Positions 16,978-25,993 of a stretch of DNA of 64,000 bases are shown in pieces. The notes beneath the pieces are model-generated. The model ran no database searches. It saw only the letters and a program-made list of their open reading frames with translations, and was not told the origin of the DNA. Where the stretch lies: positions 5 to 64,004 of the forward strand of contig DATAOC010000059.1 of the NCBI GenBank assembly GCA_036265915.1, read 5' to 3'. This stretch comes from Candidatus Methylomirabilota bacterium. GTDB lineage: Bacteria > Methylomirabilota > Methylomirabilia > Rokubacteriales > CSP1-6. The stretch's first letter is position 1, and each line of letters begins with the position of its first letter. The position numbers and the translations under genes were made by a program.

Positions 16978-18297
16978 CTACTCGGGCGACGGCGTGCGCG
17001 AGCGGCGCACGCGGACGAGGACGTCGCGCGCGCGACCGCCGTCGACGGCGATCTCGACCTCGTGCCGCTCGACGTCCCAGTGCCGGATGGTCGTGAGCCG
17101 GCCGACGGCGAAGCCGGGCTCCGGAACGCGCCGCGTGGCGCGGTAGATCAGCGTGCGGCGGTCGCCGTCGCCGAGGCGCAAGCCCTGCTCGTCCGGCGGG
17201 CCGAGACGGCGGACGACGTCGTCGTACGTCGTCTCGCCGGGGCGGATGTCCTCGAGCGCGCCCGGGGCGAGGATCGACGTGCTTCCACCGGTGTCGCCGG
17301 CGCGGCGGAAGCGCAGTCGCGAGCGGACCAGGTGCGAGACGCGGCCGCTCAGGATCATGAGGCCGGTGACGTTGCCGAGCACGAGCAGCCCGAGAGAGAT
17401 CATCACCGGCCGCCACGCGAACCAGCCGCTGAAATAGGCGAATTGCACCTTGAGTGTCTGCGGGGTCGCGTCGTCGGCCGTATTGATCGGGATGGACACC
17501 GTCTCCGTCCCCGTGCGCACGCGGCTGCCGCGCCGGACGGCGGCAGCCGGCGCGATTTCCTCGATCCGCAGATGGTCGGCATCGGGGAAGCTGACGACGA
17601 GCAGCGAGTACTCGCGGGCCAGGTGCACGATCCGGTCGCGATTCTCGAAATAGAGCGGGTAGAGAGGCAGCGAGCCGACGTCGCCCCAGCTCATGGTGAC
17701 GACGTTGCGGCGGCCCCAGAACGTCTCTTCCAGCCACGTCGCCGGCTTCGGGCCGACCACGCCGCGCAACGGCAGGGCCAGCGTCACCACGAAGTGTGGA
17801 TTCCCGAGCTCCGGCGTCCACGGGATGCGCACGAGGGAGCCGCTGCCCGCCTGCGCGGGGGCGCCGCGCCGCACGAACGACACGAACGACGCGGTCACGT
17901 CGACCGGGTCGGCCGGCGTCGGCAGACCGAGCTGCGAGCGATCGCGCGCGCGTAGCAGCAGCCGGCCGCTGATCGTCGGGGCGAAGCCTCGGCTGTCGAC
18001 GTAGCGGAGGAGCTCGGCATCGGCGTCGCCGGGCGCCGTCCCGGCGGCGATCTCGGCGGGCCAGAACAGGTGGAGTACCTGTGCGGTCGGCCGGCGCCCC
18101 GACGGCCCGACCAGGTTCCAGGTCACGTTCACGGTCATCGGTCCCGCGTCGCGGGCGGCCGTGCCGGCCACGAACAGTGGACCGATGCTGACCGCCGCGT
18201 GAGGCTCGGCACTGAAGAACACCTGGGCACCCGCGGGCGAGGCAACGACGGTGGCGATCAGCACAGCGACGGCGAAGGCGGGCCATGCGCGGTGCAT
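16978..18297 (-). CDS. Hypothetical bitopic membrane protein (signal peptide, large periplasmic domain, one TM, C-terminal cytoplasmic domain)
   Basis: The signal peptide is MHRAWPAFAVAVLIATVVASPAGAQ. The TM helix is WRPVMISLGLLVLGNVTGLMIL. The C-terminus contains a BamE/SmpA-like IRPGETTYDDVVRRLGPPD segment. Confidence 0.6.
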   Translation of the reverse strand: MHRAWPAFAVAVLIATVVASPAGAQVFFSAEPHAAVSIGPLFVAGTAARDAGPMTVNVTWNLVGPSGRRPTAQVLHLFWPAEIAAGTAPGDADAELLRYVDSRGFAPTISGRLLLRARDRSQLGLPTPADPVDVTASFVSFVRRGAPAQAGSGSLVRIPWTPELGNPHFVVTLALPLRGVVGPKPATWLEETFWGRRNVVTMSWGDVGSLPLYPLYFENRDRIVHLAREYSLLVVSFPDADHLRIEEIAPAAAVRRGSRVRTGTETVSIPINTADDATPQTLKVQFAYFSGWFAWRPVMISLGLLVLGNVTGLMILSGRVSHLVRSRLRFRRAGDTGGSTSILAPGALEDIRPGETTYDDVVRRLGPPDEQGLRLGDGDRRTLIYRATRRVPEPGFAVGRLTTIRHWDVERHEVEIAVDGGRARDVLVRVRRSRTPSPE

Positions 18298-18304
18298 GCC
18301 GGTG

Positions 18305-18314
18305 ATTGTACAAT
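18305..18314. promoter_or_regulatory. Perfect 10 bp AT-rich palindrome ATTGTACAAT in a 30 bp divergent intergenic region
   Basis: It lies between start codons 18297 (minus strand) and 18328 (plus strand). It is the only AT-rich element there, so it is a candidate operator or shared -10 region. Confidence 0.3.
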
Positions 18315-18327
18315 CCGGGCTCACGTC

Positions 18328-20592
18328 ATGGGCCACGTCGGTCGCTCCGCTCGGCGCCGCGAGGATCCGCCTCTGCTGCGCGGCGCCGGTCGCTTTCTCG
18401 ATGATGTTCAGCTCGACGGCGTCGCGCACGTCGGCTTCGTGCGCAGTCCGTACGCGCGCGCCCGCGTCGCTGCCGTCGACGTGGCGGCCGCGCAGAAGGC
18501 CGCCGGAGTCATCGCCGTCGTCACCGCGGCCGAGCTCGATCCGTTCCCGCCCTTCGGGCTCGCTCGCGCCTTCGACCGCATGGTGCTGCCGCCGATGGCC
18601 TTCCTCGCGGGCGACGAGGTGCGCGCGCAGGGCACGCCGGTGGCGATGGTCGTGGCCGAGTCGGCCGCGCTCGCGCAGGATGCGGCCGCGCTCGTGGCCG
18701 TCGAGTACGCGGCGCTGCCCGGCGTGGCGGAGGCGGACGCGGCGCTGGCGGCCAGCGCGCCGGCCGTGGCCGGCCACGACGATAACCGGTCCTTCACGTA
18801 CACCGTGCGCTCAGGTGACGTCGCCGCTGCGTTCGCCCGCGCCGCGCGCGTGGTGTCCGTGGACGTCAGGCAGACGCGTCTGGCCGGCGTGCCCCTCGAG
18901 CCGCGCGGCGTGGCGGCGGCGTGGGAAGACGAGCGGCTCACCGTGTGGAGCTCGACGCAGGTGCCGCACCGGATCCGCGACGAGCTCGCGCGGCTGCTTG
19001 CGCTGCCCGTCGAGCGCGTACGGGTCATTGCGCCGGACGTCGGCGGCGGCTTCGGCGTGAAGGGCGGTCCGTATCGCGAGGAAGTGCTCGTCCCGTGGCT
19101 CGCGCGGCGCCTGGGACGGCCGCTGAAGTGGATCTCGACGCGGATCGAGGACCTGCTCACGACGCATCACGGCCGGGGCAGCGTGTCGCATGGCGAGCTG
19201 GCGGTCGCCGCCGATGGCACCATCCTGGGACTGCGCGCGCGCATCCTGTGCCCTCTCGGCTCGCATGTCGGCTACACCGCGGCCGGCACGCCGCGCAATC
19301 ACGTGCGCTGCCTGCCGGGCCCGTACGGCGTGGCAGACGTCGACATCGAGGCGGTCGGCGCCTTCACGACGACGCCTCCCATCGGACCGTATCGCGGCGC
19401 CGGCCGCCCGGAGGCGGCGTTCCTGATGGAGCGGCTCGTGGACGAGGCGGCGCGCGCGCTGAAGCTCGATCCGGCCGACGTGCGGCGGCGCAATCTCATC
19501 GCGCCGGAGCGCTTTCCGTTCACGACGGCCACCGGGCAGAGCTACGACTCCGGCGACTATCCCGCCATGCTGGCGCGCGTGCTGGAGCTGACCGACTACC
19601 CGGAGCTGCGCCGCCGCCAGCACGCGCGACGGCAGCGCGGTGAGCTCGTCGGCATCGGGCTGTCGGTCTACGTCGAGCCGTCCGCGCTCGGCTGGGAGAG
19701 CGGCCGTGTGCGCGTGGACGCGGACGGCGCCATCACGGCCTTCACCGGGTCGAGCGCGCATGGCCAGGGTCACGAGACGACGTTCGCGCAGATCCTCGCC
19801 GACCGGCTGGCCGTCGATCCGGCACGCATCACCATACGGCACGGCGACACGGCCGAGATCGCGACCGGGGTGGGGACGTTCGGCAGCCGCAGCGTGGCGC
19901 TCGGAGGCGGCGCCCTCGCCCACGCCGCCGATGCGCTCGTGGCCAGGGCGCGCCGGCTGGCCGCGGAGCTGCTCGAGGCGCATGCGGACGACGTGCGGCT
20001 CGCCGGCGGACGGTTCGCGGTCGCCGGTGTGCCGGACCGATCGGTCGGCTGGGCCGACGTGGCGGCGGCGCCGGGGCGGCAGGCGCCGCCCGGCGAGACG
20101 GCTGGCCTGGAGGCCGAGCACGTCCTGGCCCCGCCGCACGAGGTGTGGAGCGGCGGCGCCGTCGTCGCGCTCGTCAGCGTCGAGCGCGAGACGGGCGTGG
20201 TTCGCCTCGAGCGGCTCGTCTGGATCGACGACGCCGGCACAATCGTCAATCCCCTGCTCGCCGACGGTCAGCTCGACGGCTCGCTGGCGCAGGCGTGGGG
20301 CCAGACCGCGCTCGAGGGGCTGCGCTTCGACGCGGACGGTCAGCTGCTCACCGGCACGCTCATGGACTATGCGGTGCCCCGCGCCGACGACGTGCCGCGC
20401 GCGGAGATCCACCACGCGCATTCGCCCACGCCCCGGAACCCGCTCGGAGCGAAGGGCCTTGGCGAGGCGGGCAACATCGGCGTGCCGCCGGCGGTCGTGA
20501 ACGCGGTCGTCGACGCGCTGTCGCCGCTGGGCGTCCGTCACCTCGACATGCCGCTGACGGCGGAGGCGGTGTGGCGGGCGATGCGGGCCTAG
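18328..20592 (+). CDS. Xanthine dehydrogenase family molybdopterin-binding subunit, form II CoxL-like
   Basis: The N-terminus reads GRSARRREDPPLLRGAGRFLDD. The active-site loop PYRGAGRPEA resembles the AYRGAGR motif. No medium (FAD) or small (2Fe-2S) subunit genes are adjacent. Confidence 0.85.
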   Translation: MGHVGRSARRREDPPLLRGAGRFLDDVQLDGVAHVGFVRSPYARARVAAVDVAAAQKAAGVIAVVTAAELDPFPPFGLARAFDRMVLPPMAFLAGDEVRAQGTPVAMVVAESAALAQDAAALVAVEYAALPGVAEADAALAASAPAVAGHDDNRSFTYTVRSGDVAAAFARAARVVSVDVRQTRLAGVPLEPRGVAAAWEDERLTVWSSTQVPHRIRDELARLLALPVERVRVIAPDVGGGFGVKGGPYREEVLVPWLARRLGRPLKWISTRIEDLLTTHHGRGSVSHGELAVAADGTILGLRARILCPLGSHVGYTAAGTPRNHVRCLPGPYGVADVDIEAVGAFTTTPPIGPYRGAGRPEAAFLMERLVDEAARALKLDPADVRRRNLIAPERFPFTTATGQSYDSGDYPAMLARVLELTDYPELRRRQHARRQRGELVGIGLSVYVEPSALGWESGRVRVDADGAITAFTGSSAHGQGHETTFAQILADRLAVDPARITIRHGDTAEIATGVGTFGSRSVALGGGALAHAADALVARARRLAAELLEAHADDVRLAGGRFAVAGVPDRSVGWADVAAAPGRQAPPGETAGLEAEHVLAPPHEVWSGGAVVALVSVERETGVVRLERLVWIDDAGTIVNPLLADGQLDGSLAQAWGQTALEGLRFDADGQLLTGTLMDYAVPRADDVPRAEIHHAHSPTPRNPLGAKGLGEAGNIGVPPAVVNAVVDALSPLGVRHLDMPLTAEAVWRAMRA

Positions 20593-21764
20593 AGACAGAC
20601 GCGGTTGCGGCCCGCGTCCTTGGCGCGATAGAGCGCGGCGTCGGCGGCGTCCAGCACGTCGGCGGGGCGGTCGCCGCTGCTCTTCGCGGAGGCGGCGCCG
20701 ATGCTGACCGAGACGGACACGCGCTGAACCGGGCGCATCGCGGCCGGCGCATCGGGCCGCTGGCGCGGGCGGTCCGGTGCCCGGAGTGCGAACCCGGTCG
20801 TCTCGATGCGGTGGCGCAGCGCCTCGAGATGCGGCACCGTCTCGTCAACCGACGCGTCGTCGAAGATGATCGCGAACTCCTCGCCGCCGTATCGGAACGC
20901 GCGGCCGCCGCCGCCCACCTCTCCCAGTCGCGCGCCGACCATGCGCAGGAGCTGGTCGCCGACGTCGTGGCCGTAGGCGTCGTTGAACTTCTTGAAGTGG
21001 TCGATGTCGACCATCGCGATCGTGTAGACACCGTTGAGACGGCCGAGGGCCTCGGTGAGCGCCCGCCGTCCCGGCAGCCCGGTGAGCTCGTCGCCGTAGG
21101 CGATGACGTAGGAGGCCTCGACGAGCGACACGGCGAGGACGAGCCCGGCACCGGCGAACGCGATCGACGCGAGCGGCGGCGAGCCCGTGGCGAACGCCAG
21201 CATGGCGGCGACGAGCGTCCACAGCGTGCCGCACTCGATCGGGTAGGGCCGGGCCGCCGCGCGCGTGGCCGCGAGCGCGATGGCGGCCGCGAATGTTGCC
21301 AGTCCGGCGGCGCCCAGATGCCAGCCGCCGAGCGGTGTCCCGAGCAGGGCGGCCAGCGGGACGGCCTCCGGCTGAATTGCCAGCGTGGTCAGGACGGCCT
21401 GCGTTCCGAGCAGGCCGAGGATCCAGCCAGCGGCGGATCGAAAGCCGAAGCGCTCGGGCAGCCAGCCCAGCACGCCGACGTTGAGCGGTAGCCACACGGC
21501 GGCGGCACCGAGCACGATGTGGGCGACGGCCGAGTCGGCGGTGAACCAGACGAGCCGTTCGGCGGCGGCCAGCAAGAGCACCACGAAGAACACGCGATAG
21601 CGGCGAAAGCGAAGGGCGAGGACGACACCGGCGGCGAAGGCGGCGTTGGGATACGCCGGCACGAAGGTTTCCGCGGTCGCCCGCCACGCGGGGACGACCA
21701 GCAGGAGGATGGTGGCGACCACGAGCACGCCACCCGGCAGCAGCCGTTGCGCGAAAGTCTTCAC
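20589..21764 (-). CDS. Membrane-bound diguanylate cyclase (multi-TM N-terminal domain plus GGDEF)
   Basis: The GGDEF domain has the motifs DIDHFKKFNDAYGHDVGD, RYGGEEFAI and ALYRAKDAGRNRV. GTG 21764 overlaps the upstream stop as GTGA. Confidence 0.85.
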   Translation of the reverse strand: MKTFAQRLLPGGVLVVATILLLVVPAWRATAETFVPAYPNAAFAAGVVLALRFRRYRVFFVVLLLAAAERLVWFTADSAVAHIVLGAAAVWLPLNVGVLGWLPERFGFRSAAGWILGLLGTQAVLTTLAIQPEAVPLAALLGTPLGGWHLGAAGLATFAAAIALAATRAAARPYPIECGTLWTLVAAMLAFATGSPPLASIAFAGAGLVLAVSLVEASYVIAYGDELTGLPGRRALTEALGRLNGVYTIAMVDIDHFKKFNDAYGHDVGDQLLRMVGARLGEVGGGGRAFRYGGEEFAIIFDDASVDETVPHLEALRHRIETTGFALRAPDRPRQRPDAPAAMRPVQRVSVSVSIGAASAKSSGDRPADVLDAADAALYRAKDAGRNRVCL

Positions 21765-22252
21765 GACCCTCGGCCGGGACGGATGTGCAGATGGCAGCAT
21801 CCCTCGCGTCCCGGCTGCCACGTGTCCGCCGAGAACTCGAACCCGGCGGCCTCGAACGTCCCGTTGTCGACGCGGCCCGCGATCCGGCAGAGCGTCGCGA
21901 TGTCCGTCTCCGGCACGCCGGCCTCGTGCCACGCGTCCTTCAGCGGGCAGCGCTGGAGCTGGATGTCGAGCGCCGTGGCATCGCAACGCTCGACCCGGGG
22001 AGAAAACATCCGGCCGTCGTCGGGCACGCCGCCCACGAAGGCATCGCGCAGCCCGGCGAGATCCGCCGGGCCGAAACGCCGGAACTGCCGGCCGATCTCC
22101 CGGCCCCGCGCCTCGATGGCGCGGGACAGGAGACCGGTCGCCTGCGGCTCGCCCACCGCGCGCCGAAGCTCGGCGAAAACGTGCCAGTACATCAGCGCAC
22201 GGTTCTTGAACGCGGCGTACAGCTCGCCGCGCAGGCGATCCGCGTCGACCAT
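21761..22252 (-). CDS. L-2-amino-thiazoline-4-carboxylic acid (ATC) hydrolase-like protein
   Basis: It is small and Cys-containing, with the C-terminal pattern CPLKDAW..LCRIAGRVDNGTF..EGCCHLHI that I associate with PF14196-type proteins. The start shares 1 nt with the stop of the binding-protein gene. Confidence 0.45.
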   Translation of the reverse strand: MVDADRLRGELYAAFKNRALMYWHVFAELRRAVGEPQATGLLSRAIEARGREIGRQFRRFGPADLAGLRDAFVGGVPDDGRMFSPRVERCDATALDIQLQRCPLKDAWHEAGVPETDIATLCRIAGRVDNGTFEAAGFEFSADTWQPGREGCCHLHIRPGRGS

Positions 22253-23988
22253 CAGGCCTTCTCGACCATGTAGAGATGCGGCAGCATGTCGACGTAGATG
22301 TTGCCGATGACGAGCCGCTCGCCCGCCTTGTTCGTCTCGAAACCGCGCACCGAGGGCTTGGCGGCCGCATAGCGGAGCACCCACGCGACCGGCACGTAGC
22401 CGGCGTCGGTCTGGAGGATTTCCTCCGCCTTCGCGTAGTGCGCGAGGCGCTTCTTCGTGTCCCGCGTGTCGCGGCCCGCCTCGAGCTCCTTGTCGAAGGC
22501 GTCGTTCGTCCATGCCTGGCGCTTGCCGGTGGTCTTCTTGCCGTAGAACGTGTCGAAGTACTCGTTGTGCGGATCGGGGTAGTCCATGAACCAGCGTATC
22601 CAGACGAGCTGCAGGTCCTGCTTCCACAGGCGCTCCCGGAACACGCGCTGCTCGAGGACTTCGAGATCGGTCTTGAGGTTCAGGTGCTCGAGCAGGACGG
22701 ACTGCACGGCCTCCGCCAGCGGCTTGCTGCCCAGGCCCTCTTCGCGCATCGACAGCGTCACCTTCGGCCAGTTCTTGCCGCCCTCGTACGGCGTGCCCTT
22801 CAGCATCGCCATCGCGGCCTTCGGATCGAAGCGCTGGATGTCGCGGATGTGCTTGTCGTCCACCGCGCCCGGGAAGCCCGGCGGGATCATCGAGTAGGCC
22901 GGAATCGCGAACCCCTGCGAAACCTTCACGACGTTCTCCCGGTCGATCGCGTGGCCGAGCGCCCGCCGCACCTTCACGTTGTCGAACGGCGGCTTGGTCA
23001 CCTGCGGCGTCAGGTACCACGTGCCGGGGAACGGATATCGGAAGACCTGCGGGCCCGTCTTCGGGTCCGCCTGCAGGCGCTTCATGTCCGCCGTCTGGAG
23101 CGCGGTCAGATCGAGCTCGTTGTTCTCGTACGGCAGCGCGCCGGACGCGATGGGAATGATCGGGATGACGACCTTCTCCAGCCGCACGTCGTTGGCGCCG
23201 AAGAAATGCGGGTTCTTCCGCAGCACCATCTGCTTGTTGTGCTCCCACGTCTCGAGGATGAACGGGCCGTTGGAGATGATGTTGCCCGGCTCGGTCCACT
23301 TGTCGCCGTGCTTCTCGATGGCGCCCCGGTGGCCGGGCAACGCCGCCAGATAGGCCGCCAGCACGGGGAAGTAGCCGCGCGGCCCTTCGAGCGCGACCTC
23401 GAGCGTCCAGTCGTCCTTGGCCCGGACGCCGACCTGGCTCGCGTCGCTCAGCTGCTTCTTGTTGAACGCCTCGCCGTTCTTGATGTCATAGAGGAACGAG
23501 GCGTACGGTGCCGCCGTGGCGGGATCGAGCTGGCGCTTCCACGAGTACTCGAAATCGCGGGCGGTGCACGGTGAGCCGTCGGACCACTTCGAGTCCTTGC
23601 GGATCGCGAACGTCCACGTCGACCCGTCCGCGTTCGGTGTCACCTTGCTGGCCACGTACGGGACCGACTGGAAGTCGGCGTTGAACTTCATGAGGCCCGC
23701 CCAGAGCTCGGCGACGCCGCTGCAATAGAGATCCTTGTTGAAGTCGTGACTGGCCGGGTCGTTCTGATACCAGCCGCCGCCGCCCATCCGGAACACTTGC
23801 TCCTTCGCCAGCTTCTCGCCGGGGGCGAGCTTGGTCGCGGCCGACGAATCGCGGGCGGTGAAGACGCCGCCTCCGAGCGCGGCGAGGCCGGCGGCGATGC
23901 GCAGGAAGTCGCGGCGGGCCACGCCCGCGCCGCCGAGCCGCGTCGCGAGCAACTCCATCTGTGCGTCGTCGATCTTGACAGGCTTCAT
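22252..23988 (-). CDS. ABC transporter substrate-binding protein, family 5 (peptide/nickel type) with Tat signal
   Basis: It has an RRDFLRIAAGLAALGG twin-arginine signal, family 5 SBP length and motifs (WSDGSPCTARDF, NPHFFG). An AGGAG SD is present. Confidence 0.85.
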   Translation of the reverse strand: MKPVKIDDAQMELLATRLGGAGVARRDFLRIAAGLAALGGGVFTARDSSAATKLAPGEKLAKEQVFRMGGGGWYQNDPASHDFNKDLYCSGVAELWAGLMKFNADFQSVPYVASKVTPNADGSTWTFAIRKDSKWSDGSPCTARDFEYSWKRQLDPATAAPYASFLYDIKNGEAFNKKQLSDASQVGVRAKDDWTLEVALEGPRGYFPVLAAYLAALPGHRGAIEKHGDKWTEPGNIISNGPFILETWEHNKQMVLRKNPHFFGANDVRLEKVVIPIIPIASGALPYENNELDLTALQTADMKRLQADPKTGPQVFRYPFPGTWYLTPQVTKPPFDNVKVRRALGHAIDRENVVKVSQGFAIPAYSMIPPGFPGAVDDKHIRDIQRFDPKAAMAMLKGTPYEGGKNWPKVTLSMREEGLGSKPLAEAVQSVLLEHLNLKTDLEVLEQRVFRERLWKQDLQLVWIRWFMDYPDPHNEYFDTFYGKKTTGKRQAWTNDAFDKELEAGRDTRDTKKRLAHYAKAEEILQTDAGYVPVAWVLRYAAAKPSVRGFETNKAGERLVIGNIYVDMLPHLYMVEKA

Positions 23989-24008
23989 GGATGTCTCCTT
24001 GGAAGGCG

Positions 24009-24953
24009 TTATTTGAGCCGCGGGTCCAGGGCGTCGCGGACGCCGTCGCCGAAAAAGGTGAACGACAGCATCGTGACCGCGATGGCGATGGAGGGCACGA
24101 CGCAGAGATGCCACGACGAGAGGAGGTACTGCTGGCCTTCGCCAACCATCTGTCCCCACGACGGCGTCGGCGGGTTGATTCCGACGCCGATGAACGACAG
24201 GGCCGCCTCGGTGAAGATGGCCTCCGGGATGCCAAAGGTGACGGCCACGACGATGGGCGACAGCGCGTTCGGCATCACGTGGCGCAGGAGCAGGCGCCAC
24301 GACCGCGCTCCGAGGGCCCTGGCCCCCTCGACGAACTCCTTCTGCTTCAGCATCAGCACCTGGGCGCGCGTCTGGCGCGCGATGCCGACCCATCCGGTCA
24401 GCCCGATGGCGATGAAGATGTTCGTGAGACCGGCGCCGAGCATCGACATGACGAGAATCACGAACAGCAGTCGCGGGAAGGCGTACATCACGTCGATGAA
24501 GCGTGTCAGCAGCGTGTCGACGCGCCCGCCCGCCCAGCCCGCCAGCGCCCCGATCGGCACACCGATGGCGACGATGAGCAGCTGCGCGCCGAGCCCCACC
24601 AGCATCGAGACGCGCGCGCCGTACACCATGCGCGAGAGCATGTCGCGACCGAGCTGATCGGTGCCGAGCGGGTAATCACGCGTCGGTGACTCGTTCAGCC
24701 GGCCGAAATTCGTCTTCGTGTACGAGTACGGCGCCAGGACGTCGGCGCCGAGCGCGACCAGCACGAGCGCGATGACCACGACGCCGCCCGCGACCGCGAG
24801 CTTGTTGCGCAGGAGTCGCCGCCATGCATCACGCCAGAGGCTGCTCGACGTGGTGGCCGCGCGCCTGGCCGCGTCCGCGGCCGGCGCCGGGCCGCTCAGC
24901 GCGTCGGCGGCGACCGGAACGCTAATACCGGATTCGGGGGTCGAGAGCGCCAT
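24009..24953 (-). CDS. ABC transporter permease (DppC/OppC type)
   Basis: It has a typical EAA-loop region (ARALGARSWRLLLRHVMPNAL) and 6 TM helices. Confidence 0.85.
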   Translation of the reverse strand: MALSTPESGISVPVAADALSGPAPAADAARRAATTSSSLWRDAWRRLLRNKLAVAGGVVVIALVLVALGADVLAPYSYTKTNFGRLNESPTRDYPLGTDQLGRDMLSRMVYGARVSMLVGLGAQLLIVAIGVPIGALAGWAGGRVDTLLTRFIDVMYAFPRLLFVILVMSMLGAGLTNIFIAIGLTGWVGIARQTRAQVLMLKQKEFVEGARALGARSWRLLLRHVMPNALSPIVVAVTFGIPEAIFTEAALSFIGVGINPPTPSWGQMVGEGQQYLLSSWHLCVVPSIAIAVTMLSFTFFGDGVRDALDPRLK

Positions 24954-25848
24954 ACGCGAGGTCGACGACGAAGTTCATGATCGCCAGAAACACGCCGTAC
25001 GTCAGGACGACGGCCATGATCATCGGATAGTCACGACCGGTCATGGACAGCACGAAGAAGCGTCCCATGCCGGGAACCCGGAAGATCGATTCCACGAAGA
25101 ACGAGCCGGTGCCGACGGCGGCGAACATCGGTCCCAGCAGCGTGACGATGGGGATCAGCGCGTTCTTCAGCGCGTGCTTGAAGATCACCGGACCCTCGGC
25201 GAGGCCCTTGGCGCGCGCCGTGAGCGTGAAGTCCGACCGGATGACGTCGAGCATGCTGGCGCGAGTGAAGCGCGCGATGATCCCCATCGGGGCCAGCGCC
25301 AGCGTGAGGGTCGGCAGCACCCAGTTGCGCGGCGAGTCCCATCCGCCCGTCGGAAACAGCGGGATGATGAACGAGAAGATGATGATGAAGAACACCGCGA
25401 GCACGAAGTTCGGGACGGCCACCCCGGCCGTCGCCACCGTCACCGACACGTAGTCCCAGGTGCGGTTCTGATACACCGCGGCCAGGATGCCGAGGGCGAG
25501 TCCGCCGGCCACGGCGAGCACGAGCGCCATGCTGCCGAGGAGCAGTGATACCGGGAACGTCTCGGTGAGGATCTCGCGAACCGTGCGCGTCTTGTAGACG
25601 AAGGAGTTCCCGAAGTCGCCCCGCAGCGCGTTGCCGATGAAGACCCCGAATTGCTGGTAGAGGGGCCGGTCGAGGCCGTAGTGCCTGGCCAGGTTTTGCT
25701 GGGCCTCCGGCGACAGAGGGTTGGCGCCCTCAGCAACCGGGTCGAGCGGGCTCCCCGGGGTGGCGTGCATGACGAGGAACGTCACGAGCGCCATCGCCAG
25801 GAGCGTCGGCAGCAGCCAGAGCACGCGGGAGATGGCGAAATGAACCAC
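24922..25848 (-). CDS. ABC transporter permease (DppB/OppB type)
   Basis: The N-terminus is typical of the type (ISRVLWLLPTLLAMALVTFLVMHATPGSPLDP). A GGAGG SD lies 5 nt upstream of GTG 25848. Confidence 0.85.
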   Translation of the reverse strand: MVHFAISRVLWLLPTLLAMALVTFLVMHATPGSPLDPVAEGANPLSPEAQQNLARHYGLDRPLYQQFGVFIGNALRGDFGNSFVYKTRTVREILTETFPVSLLLGSMALVLAVAGGLALGILAAVYQNRTWDYVSVTVATAGVAVPNFVLAVFFIIIFSFIIPLFPTGGWDSPRNWVLPTLTLALAPMGIIARFTRASMLDVIRSDFTLTARAKGLAEGPVIFKHALKNALIPIVTLLGPMFAAVGTGSFFVESIFRVPGMGRFFVLSMTGRDYPMIMAVVLTYGVFLAIMNFVVDLAYGALDPRIRY

Positions 25849-25993
25849 CGAGGTCCTCCGAAGGCTGGCTCAAGTTGCCGCTACTATACGCGATTGCGGG
25901 CGCATGCGGGAGCAATGGCGAGCGCGGTATGCTGGGGTCACACCCAGGTGACGGCAGCACATCTACCGGCGGATGCCAGGAGGAAGGGACGTC

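Noticed and set aside
25849-25993. A structured leader or riboswitch upstream of fbaB and the ABC operon. The region contains the imperfect palindrome ATTGCGGGCGCATGCGGGAGCAAT and TATAGT/TACTAT boxes.
   Set aside because: The palindrome arms match at only 9 of 12 positions, and no known aptamer motif is recognisable. The region is probably just overlapping divergent promoters.
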